DNA of 64,000 nt. Source: Schmidtea polychroa (taxonomy: Eukaryota). The notes beneath the pieces were generated by a model. That model worked only from the letters and a program-made list of their open reading frames with translations, had not been told where the DNA came from and did no database searches. This document shows positions 12,356 to 20,656 of this stretch, in pieces. The stretch's first letter is position 1. Each line of letters starts with the position of its first letter. The stretch is taken from contig CM097888.1 in assembly GCA_044892525.1 (NCBI GenBank), forward strand, positions 17,112,001 to 17,176,000. Direction: 5' to 3'. The translations under genes and the position numbers were made by a program.

Positions 12356-12657
12356 ATGGTACGGAGTTTTACATAGTATTTATTTCATTTTCTTTTCAAC
12401 CCTTACTATTTTAGGCTGTCCCAGAACCTAAGTTTGAGCATCTCGATGTTATGCAATGGTTATTTGACTGCCATCCTAACAGGTTTTTTAATTTCTTTTT
12501 CAGGGTCCCTTTGCCACCGGGTCGAAAGGGATTGAAACGTACCTTTGCCTGTGTGGATACAGGCAGTAGGTTTGAAAGACGCCCGCCTTGCAACGTACGC
12601 AGGGAATGGGACTGTGGCATCCAAAGTCCCGTTCTGATGGACTCTGATGACGAATAA
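12356..12657 (+). CDS. Probable spliced antisense gene, join(12356..12358,12415..12657), 81 aa
   Basis: GCCATG followed by a GT donor at 12359, a 56-nt intron with a polypyrimidine tract ending TTTTAG at 12414, then an in-frame, relatively GC-rich exon giving MAVPEPKFEHLDVMQWLFDCHP...MDSDDE*. Confidence 0.55.
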
Positions 12658-13202
12658 AACTTTGAATAAATGTTCAGCATACCTTTGTTTTTAATTTATG
12701 CTAGAAAGGGTGGGGTAGTTGTGTCCCTCTTCGTGAATAGTCTTTGTTACTACTAATGTGAAATTATTCCCTACTTATTTATAATTTTGTTCTCTCGCCC
12801 CAGTGGGTTACCCATTGCTATATAGTTATGCTAATTCATTAATTACTAATCAGCCATTTAATATTATTTATTTCTAATGCTCATTTAAGGTAGTCATTTC
12901 ATTATTTGCAACATTTATTTGAGTTATTCTATTTGCTCGTTTTTCTTTATTATTCATTTATTTAATTTATCACTTTTTTAATTATTTGTTTATATCAATT
13001 TGTTTATTCATTTGATTATTTACTTGGTAATCTACTTATTTTTTATTTAACTATTATCTATCACTGCCAATTATTTCTTTATATCAATTTGTTTATTTAT
13101 TTGATTATTTGTTAATTTACTTATATTTATTTAACTATTATTTTTTTTTTTTTTTCGAGGACGAAAAAACACCAACAGGGTCCGTTTAAATAATTTATTT
13201 TT

Positions 13203-13448
13203 TTAGTCTAATTGATTTATCTCACCATCATCTTGCGATTCCTCTATTTCTTCTACTCTCATTCGAAACATCGCGAAATCGGCTTCGTGTTGAAACAATA
13301 AGATTTCCAAACGGTCCAACCGCCTTTTCAGACGGAAGTTTTCTTCCTCCAAATCTGTTATTCTGCCCTGCATGCTACGAAACTTTTGCTTTAGTTCTTG
13401 CGTACTTGTTTTACACTCTTTGCATGACATCTCCGAGGCTTCTTGCAT
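13203..13448 (-). CDS. 81-aa accessory ORF (CxxC plus coiled coil) downstream of the polyprotein
   Basis: ATG start, SCKEC motif, then a heptad pattern (ITDLEEENFRLKRRLDRLE) and an acidic tail; same strand as gag-pol. Confidence 0.6.
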   Translation of the reverse strand: MQEASEMSCKECKTSTQELKQKFRSMQGRITDLEEENFRLKRRLDRLEILLFQHEADFAMFRMRVEEIEESQDDGEINQLD

Positions 13449-13622
13449 TCTCTGAAATTAAATGATAGTCATTTTTTTGTATCACTCTTTATTCGCAAAG
13501 CATCAACACCTCGCTTCGAATCTCAAACAAATTACACAGTTCATCCTATGGTACTTATAAAACATGCACATTGTTAATATAAATGTAATATATTTTTATA
13601 CACTATTCATGCAGATCACAAT

Positions 13623-16600
13623 TTATAGTCTTGTCTCATAATATGAATATGATGGTGGTTGAAGGATAGTTAGTTGTCTCTCTTTTACACATATCAAGAT
13701 AGTGATGATTATGAAGGTTATTGATAAGATGAGAAAACCTGTTATTAAAATGTAAATGAGATATTCACAATAGTTGACTGTCAAGTCCGAATTTATCATC
13801 ATTAGTTTATTTGAGTTAGGTTTTGTCGTCTCTTGGGTCGGTAATTGAAAAGGCGATGTGGTTGTATCTGATTTTCGTTTCGATTCATTGATTGTCTTGA
13901 CTTCCACGAAAACTGTTTGCCATCTGCCTGGTTCGGTTATCCATCGCTGATATTTAACTGTTAATTCCCATGCTGTCTCTAAATCAGAAGTGTAAAGTGT
14001 AAAAAAATGATTACCGGCATCTAATATAGTCAGGGTTTTTTGTTTGTAGATAATAACAACTCTTTCATCATTTCCTGATTTTCTATATATCGTTACCGGT
14101 CCATTTCCAACACTCAGGGTTATACGATTTGACTCGTCTCTGAGATAGATAGACTGGGTCTCACTCTTAAATCGTGACCATTGGTTTCTTACTACCGTTC
14201 CATTTTCGAGGCATATGTTCTCGTAGTAGTTTGCATTAACTGAATAATTTTGATTCATTTTCAATTTCTCGTAGCGGATAAATGATTTTCGCGAGTTAAG
14301 GGTGTCGACATTTAACCCTTGAAATGTGATTCGCACTTTCACTAAGTCCACTGGCTTCCAATATATATTGATTCTGTTTATCTCTGGCTCTATTTCGATC
14401 AAGTTTCGCATCTCTTTTGTGTGCACTTCTATTGGAATTTGCGTGTACCACTTTGACATGTTCTGTCTCAACAGCCATTGGTATTTGAAATTTGGCTTTA
14501 ACTTTCGTACTGCAAATATATCTTTATCATAGTTCAGTTCTACCACTGTTGCCGTATTGTCTAGTAAATTAATAATTTCTATTTGGTCTGCGATCTCGCA
14601 TTTACAGCTCCATACTATATTTGTTAGAGTGGAATATATATGTATTTTCTCCATTTCTCGGATTTTGTTTACCGCATATGGTAAGTCGATCTTTTTGCCG
14701 CTCGCGACTGTTACTAACATCAGCATTATTGCTACATATAATATCTTATTGATGTAGCTGACTGGTGTTGGATTTTTCGTGAATTTCTGTTTCCATTTTG
14801 TTTGACCTGTTACTTTATTCTGCTTGGATCTTAAGGGGTATCTAGATTCATCTTCCTCTGGCACTAGTTTACATCGATTTGCATGCACAATCATCGGGTT
14901 AGCTTTTTTGCTCCTGAATGGTAATAACTTCAAATTGGTTTCGGTGGCGTCGCACACTTTGTAGGGTCCTTTAAATGGTCTTTGCAATTTAGGCGATAAA
15001 CCTTTGAGAGGTTCCGGTCTGTTCAGATATACTAGATCTCCAATCTTTATGCCATGCGCATGTGCTTTTTTATCGTATGCTTCTTTATATTTCTCTTGGT
15101 TATGCTTTATTGTCAAACCGGCTTTAGTCCATACTGACTGCATTCTTTCTTGCATCAATGCTTTATAATCCGGTATCTCCATATATTGTGAAATTGGTGG
15201 TTGGAATTTGAGATCAATCGGCATATTATTTTTCCTTAAATACATCAAGTAAAAAGGGGTCTCACCTGTACTTTGATTTGCTGCATTTCTGTAGGCAAAT
15301 AGACACGGCTTTATGAAGTCGTCCCAATCTTTCTGTTTTCGGTTCACATATGACGAGATCATATTTATCAGTGTCCCATTAAATCGTTCCACTAATCCAT
15401 CAGTTTGTGGATGATATGGTGACGTATTCAATTTCCAAATTCCAAATAAGTCTGTGATTGATTTAAACATCTCGCTTTGAAAGTTCTTTCCTTGATCAGT
15501 TAACAATTTCTTTGGAGTACCATAGCGAAATATTATGTTTTCCACAAATATTCTAGCAATCGTGTCTGCTTTTTGGTTTGGAATAGCGTATGCTTCTGGC
15601 CATTTGGTAAAATAGTCACAAAAAACAACAATGTATTTGTTTCCTTTTGTTGTTTCCGGTAATGGTCCCAGAATATCCATTGCCGTCATCTCCATTGGTG
15701 CTGCGGGTACTGGCATCGGTTTTAATGGTACTTTAATCTTTTTACCAGTATTTCTGCGGGTGATGCATACTTTGCAACTGTTACACCAATTTTTCACGTC
15801 TTGCTCCATTGTTGGCCAAAAGTATTTCAATTTTAATCTTGATAGCGTCTTGCGCGTTGACAAATGACCTCCCAACGCTCCATCATGATACTGCATCAGT
15901 AATGCGTCTCTGTGCTTGGCTGGTATAATAATTAATGCTTCCCCATTTTTCCAACATTTAAGTATTCCATTATGAATTACATATTTGCTGTTTGCATCTG
16001 TAAGTCGTTTCCAGTCTTGTTCTTTTCTTATTTTGACCGCTTGTTCCATAAATTGTTTTAATTCACTATCGTTTTCCTGATCATTTTGAAGTTCAAACAT
16101 ATCATTAACGATATGAGAGAAATCTTTTATAAATTTTCTGTAATAGCTCGCCAAACCTAAAAATTGTCTAACCTCATCGGCATCTTTTGGTACTGGGTAC
16201 TCTTCCACTTTTTTGATGTTATCTGGATTAGTTTGTAACCCTCGCCGTGATATTATATGTCCTACATAAATCACTTCTGCTTTGCCCCATTCACATTTCG
16301 ATGGTTTGATTTTTAATTTTGCACTTTTGAGCCGTTTAAATACAGTTTCTACATCTTTCAGGTGTTCTTCGAAATCATTTGAAAATATTATTATATCTTC
16401 GATATATACCAATGCATGTCGAATTCCTCGTAACACATAATTCATTCCTCGTTGGAATGTAGCTGGGGCTCCTGTTAATCCAAATGGTAACACATTAAAC
16501 TCATACAGTCCTTTGCCATCCGAGAACGCCGTCTTTCCTCTATCTTCCTCTTTTACTCTAAATTGATTGTACCCTTTGTTTAAATCAATAACTGTGAAAT

Positions 16601-19600
16601 ATCGTGCCTCTCCCATTTGATCGAACATTTCTTGGGGTACCGGAATTGGATAAGTGTCTTTCCTCGTAACTTGATTTAGCTTCCTATAATCTACGCAAAA
16701 TCGTAAGTCTCCATCCTTTTTCTTAACTATCACTATTGATGAGGAGAATGGTGACGCACTATCTCGAATTATTCCAAATTCCTTCATTGCTGTAATCTGT
16801 CTATCACTTTCATCTTGATGAACGTAGGGGATTCTGTATGGCTTTATTTTTATTGGAGTTTCGTCTAATAACGGTATTTCATGCTCAATTACATTGGTTA
16901 GACCTAAATCATATTCGTGTTTGGCAAAGATATCTCGGTATTTTCTCAACAGTTTTGTGAATTCCTTTTTCTGCATCTCATTTAAATCATTGCTTACCAC
17001 TTCAGGCTCCTTGTACACCTTGACGTTTCTTGGTATTTTACAATTTGTTTCAATAGACATTTTTGATAATTTTCCCAATTTTGTTTTTGGGTGTAACTGA
17101 ACCGGTTTCTTACTGCTATTCGTTATATGGACTGGTACTATCTGATTTTCCACTTTGACAATTTCGTCACATATCGGTAAATCATATTTTTCGACTAGCG
17201 TTTGATTTGGTTCGAATATAAAATCACCATTATCCACACTCATAGTATTTGCACAATACACCATCTCCGATTGTGGTGGTATTGTCAATGTCTGATTCAC
17301 AAACACTTCACCTGCCCCGTGAATTATTTCTCCTGTTTCTCCTGCTATCAAATTACCTGTCTTTAAATCAAGTGAGACTCCGTCCAGCTGCTCTAATATA
17401 TCCATGCCGATCAAACATCGTACTGGACTTCCCTTCATTATGAGCGCATCGTGCGCTATTATTCGATCTCCAATATGGAATATGACATTAAGTTGTCCGA
17501 TTATGTTTAATTCATTTTTTGATAATGACCTCACTATTTCGTCGGTAGGCTTTATTCGCATTTTTTCCTTCGCGTTTAATACATTTTCCGATATTATTGT
17601 GTGACTAGATCCCGAATCGACTAAAGCTTTCACTTTATGTTTGTTCATTTGTATAAATATTCGGGGTTGCTTTCCTCTTTTTGTTAATGTCATCATTGAG
17701 TAGTTGCATGGTAAGCCTAACATATTTTTTCTCTCGATCTCTGCGCTAGAAGGCTCGATTCTCTCTCCCACCATTCCTTCACATTGTAATGCGATATTTT
17801 CTACTGGTTTCATCTCTCGTAATCGATCAACTGGATACACTGGTGCTGGTTGCATAAATGATTTTGGTATACACAATTTTGTAAACGTGTCTACGCTACT
17901 CGCATTCAACAGTGGCTCTTTTAAGATTTGATAGGTTCTTAACGCTTCTTTATTCATTCCACTTAGTTCTTGATTGTCAACATATAACGGTGCACTATCA
18001 CCCTCGTTGTCATTGTCATTGTTCTCGTCCCTTGAAGGGGTAGTACTAGCGTAGCTCACCTTTTTCTTCTTTAATATTCGCGCCTTGAGTATCTCCAACT
18101 CCTGATATTGATGATGAGTAATGAAGAATCTAGCCAATAATGGTATGCACCCAATTACTAGTTTCCACGACCAACCTGTGATCGCGTATAATCTGTGTGT
18201 TGATAGGACCTGCGATATTATTACTTTAATTACAACACATATTACATAAATTCCAATCAATCCGGCACACGCTTGTCCAATGAACATAAACTTTCCCCAG
18301 ATCTTTTTCATTGTATTATACGTCGCTTTCTTGTAATGATCTGGAGTTAACAAATACTCGTAATTTACCTTCCCACTTCCGCTTGGGAGAATTGTATCTA
18401 CCATTTCCATTATTACTCTCTCTTTCTTTGATGGAAATAACAAGTTTCTGCGAGCTTCCTCAATGTCTTCGCTCGAGTAAATTCCACTTTGCGACAATTT
18501 TTCCAACGACGTAAAATTTACCAGATATTGTAATTCTGTCAATTCTAAGTTTTCCGGTGTCTTTACTTCTCGATGATCTGGTAATGCAATCCAAGATTCT
18601 GGTGTTAGTCTGTATAGTGGTGCCAACAATCTATTGCATTGTAATACTTTCGGTTTCACGTCCTCTTCTAGTAAGATTCGTGTTACAGGCTCCATAAATC
18701 GCAACTTTCCATTTAAATTCACTGGTAACTCGTTGGTGCATTGGTCATACTTTGTCAGTTTAACTGGTACCGCTTTACATTTATAGCTATATAGTGCTTC
18801 ACCGAAAATTCTGGCAAACACCCCATTTTCTGTAATTAACATTGGTGCTACCAAATTAGGATTGGTTATAGCCATTGCCATCCGATTTCGGAGTATTTCT
18901 TTGTTGAGATTGCAATCATTTATAATAACTTCTCGGTACACATTTTCAACAGTATTTTGACCAAAGTGAAATAAATAATCTATTTTGTTAGTAAAGTAAT
19001 TTGTCAACTTGATATCTCCGGCATGTATGTTTGTTTGGGCCTCTGAAATCATTTTCTGAGATACGTATATACCTTTATAATTTGTCTCATAGACACTTTG
19101 TCCACACTTTGTTTTAGTTTCTTTTCTCAGGAATCGCATCCCATCTTCCTCCGAGGTTGACATTAACACTGTTGGAGTATCTTTCATCCGTAGAGGTGTG
19201 ATTCTTGTTGTTGTACTCGTTGCTGGATCCATTCTTATTTTCTCAGGCTTTTCCCTGATCTGTTCTCCCGTTATTTCTTTAAAACTCATTGACTTCAATT
19301 GCACTATATTGCACTTTTTGGTATCGACATCGTACACCAAGATTGATTCTCCTGTCTGACAGCTAGATTGTTTCATGTTGCAGAATGGATGTGTTTGTAG
19401 TTTACCAGTATCATCATCAAATGATCCATCAAATTCTCTTAATTCTGACATGTACTCTTCTACAACCACGGCTTTATCAATTATAGCATCGTCTACTTTG
19501 TATGGCTCTCCTTGGCAATCACCATTCGACTTTATTATCCCTCGCACGGTTACAGTCTCACGGATTTTGTGGTTAAGCTTTGCCTGTAGTTTGATATCTG

Positions 19601-20621
19601 CATTGATTTTCAACTGTCCTGTTTGAAAGGCTGCCAAACAATTCTCTGGAATTATTTCTATCGGTCTAGGTATCGATTGCATTTTCACCATCGATGAGTG
19701 GCTCCATTTTCCACAATAAAATACAAAAGTAGTTCGTTTCACTGTACACTCTCTCACCTTTGCTCGTCGAAACCCCGATTCTTGGTATACATAATATTTT
19801 ACTGGATTTGTCACTTTAAATTTTACTGGATATGCATCCGAACACTCTGCTACGTTTACCAACGAATATACTCTTCCCATTTCGGTTTGGGAGCAGTCGT
19901 ATGCCACCAATGAATTTGTCGTGTTTATTATTCCTAATAACATAATAATAGAAATCATCAACCATGGAAATGCGAGTTTTCCCTTTTTCCTCACTGTCTC
20001 TGTTTTTGGGCTCTCAGCCTTTTGTATCAACTTTTCCCATCCGCCATTGTTTGCGATCCACTTCATCAAATATTTATTCGTCATTTCAGTAGCTTTCTTT
20101 ATCAATGATTTTGAATTGTCACTTTCCAGACAACCATAAATACCAATCTCCAATATTATATAGGCTAGCACTGTCAATATTACATCTCGATCCAACTCGG
20201 TTCGTGTTAGGTCCTCAATTACTGCTTCCTCACAAAATTCCTTTTCTTCATAATTTCTTTTAATTATCGACGGTAATCTCCTCTTTAATTCCATTGCCAA
20301 TCTTTTTACAACTCTTTTCTCCCCCTCCGAAGTATCATCTTCGGTTTCAGTTTCATCTAACAAGTACAATTCCGTTACTAAACTTTTTAATATTCGCTCT
20401 GTTTCGCTTGATTCATCTAAACTCAAAGATCCAATTTCCACATCACTCTGTTTTATCCCACATATCGCAATGTCATTTTTCGTCTCAACAAAGTTCTCTT
20501 CACTTTTCATCTCATCTATGCTCGGTAGTATCCTATTATCGGTGCTCATTTCCTCAACGTCCCTTGTAACTTCATTTTCCGATGTCATTTCCTCATTTTC
20601 CATTGTTTCTAATCTCGGCAA
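13623..20621 (-). CDS. pol: Polyprotein: Bcl-2-like / chuvirus-like glycoprotein / protease / RT / integrase / FN3-like membrane protein (2332 aa from an alternative start; frame open from 20684)
   Basis: WIANNGGW (BH2-like); AYDC...FYCG...CTNELPV (chuvirus G-like); LVDSGS (protease); PYRIP, LRFCVDYRKLN, PFGL, YIEDII (RT); H-H-CxxC, D-D-E and GPY (integrase); C-terminal transmembrane helix. Confidence 0.95.
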   Translation of the reverse strand: MPRLETMENEEMTSENEVTRDVEEMSTDNRILPSIDEMKSEENFVETKNDIAICGIKQSDVEIGSLSLDESSETERILKSLVTELYLLDETETEDDTSEGEKRVVKRLAMELKRRLPSIIKRNYEEKEFCEEAVIEDLTRTELDRDVILTVLAYIILEIGIYGCLESDNSKSLIKKATEMTNKYLMKWIANNGGWEKLIQKAESPKTETVRKKGKLAFPWLMISIIMLLGIINTTNSLVAYDCSQTEMGRVYSLVNVAECSDAYPVKFKVTNPVKYYVYQESGFRRAKVRECTVKRTTFVFYCGKWSHSSMVKMQSIPRPIEIIPENCLAAFQTGQLKINADIKLQAKLNHKIRETVTVRGIIKSNGDCQGEPYKVDDAIIDKAVVVEEYMSELREFDGSFDDDTGKLQTHPFCNMKQSSCQTGESILVYDVDTKKCNIVQLKSMSFKEITGEQIREKPEKIRMDPATSTTTRITPLRMKDTPTVLMSTSEEDGMRFLRKETKTKCGQSVYETNYKGIYVSQKMISEAQTNIHAGDIKLTNYFTNKIDYLFHFGQNTVENVYREVIINDCNLNKEILRNRMAMAITNPNLVAPMLITENGVFARIFGEALYSYKCKAVPVKLTKYDQCTNELPVNLNGKLRFMEPVTRILLEEDVKPKVLQCNRLLAPLYRLTPESWIALPDHREVKTPENLELTELQYLVNFTSLEKLSQSGIYSSEDIEEARRNLLFPSKKERVIMEMVDTILPSGSGKVNYEYLLTPDHYKKATYNTMKKIWGKFMFIGQACAGLIGIYVICVVIKVIISQVLSTHRLYAITGWSWKLVIGCIPLLARFFITHHQYQELEILKARILKKKKVSYASTTPSRDENNDNDNEGDSAPLYVDNQELSGMNKEALRTYQILKEPLLNASSVDTFTKLCIPKSFMQPAPVYPVDRLREMKPVENIALQCEGMVGERIEPSSAEIERKNMLGLPCNYSMMTLTKRGKQPRIFIQMNKHKVKALVDSGSSHTIISENVLNAKEKMRIKPTDEIVRSLSKNELNIIGQLNVIFHIGDRIIAHDALIMKGSPVRCLIGMDILEQLDGVSLDLKTGNLIAGETGEIIHGAGEVFVNQTLTIPPQSEMVYCANTMSVDNGDFIFEPNQTLVEKYDLPICDEIVKVENQIVPVHITNSSKKPVQLHPKTKLGKLSKMSIETNCKIPRNVKVYKEPEVVSNDLNEMQKKEFTKLLRKYRDIFAKHEYDLGLTNVIEHEIPLLDETPIKIKPYRIPYVHQDESDRQITAMKEFGIIRDSASPFSSSIVIVKKKDGDLRFCVDYRKLNQVTRKDTYPIPVPQEMFDQMGEARYFTVIDLNKGYNQFRVKEEDRGKTAFSDGKGLYEFNVLPFGLTGAPATFQRGMNYVLRGIRHALVYIEDIIIFSNDFEEHLKDVETVFKRLKSAKLKIKPSKCEWGKAEVIYVGHIISRRGLQTNPDNIKKVEEYPVPKDADEVRQFLGLASYYRKFIKDFSHIVNDMFELQNDQENDSELKQFMEQAVKIRKEQDWKRLTDANSKYVIHNGILKCWKNGEALIIIPAKHRDALLMQYHDGALGGHLSTRKTLSRLKLKYFWPTMEQDVKNWCNSCKVCITRRNTGKKIKVPLKPMPVPAAPMEMTAMDILGPLPETTKGNKYIVVFCDYFTKWPEAYAIPNQKADTIARIFVENIIFRYGTPKKLLTDQGKNFQSEMFKSITDLFGIWKLNTSPYHPQTDGLVERFNGTLINMISSYVNRKQKDWDDFIKPCLFAYRNAANQSTGETPFYLMYLRKNNMPIDLKFQPPISQYMEIPDYKALMQERMQSVWTKAGLTIKHNQEKYKEAYDKKAHAHGIKIGDLVYLNRPEPLKGLSPKLQRPFKGPYKVCDATETNLKLLPFRSKKANPMIVHANRCKLVPEEDESRYPLRSKQNKVTGQTKWKQKFTKNPTPVSYINKILYVAIMLMLVTVASGKKIDLPYAVNKIREMEKIHIYSTLTNIVWSCKCEIADQIEIINLLDNTATVVELNYDKDIFAVRKLKPNFKYQWLLRQNMSKWYTQIPIEVHTKEMRNLIEIEPEINRINIYWKPVDLVKVRITFQGLNVDTLNSRKSFIRYEKLKMNQNYSVNANYYENICLENGTVVRNQWSRFKSETQSIYLRDESNRITLSVGNGPVTIYRKSGNDERVVIIYKQKTLTILDAGNHFFTLYTSDLETAWELTVKYQRWITEPGRWQTVFVEVKTINESKRKSDTTTSPFQLPTQETTKPNSNKLMMINSDLTVNYCEYLIYILITGFLILSITFIIITILICVKERQLTILQPPSYSYYETRL

Positions 20622-20656
20622 TTCATTAATTTCTCGATCAATTTCTACTGGGTCAT

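Noticed and set aside
12411-12680. 89-aa minus-strand ORF
   Set aside because: Overlaps the plus-strand exon, which has better splice and start signals; no independent support.
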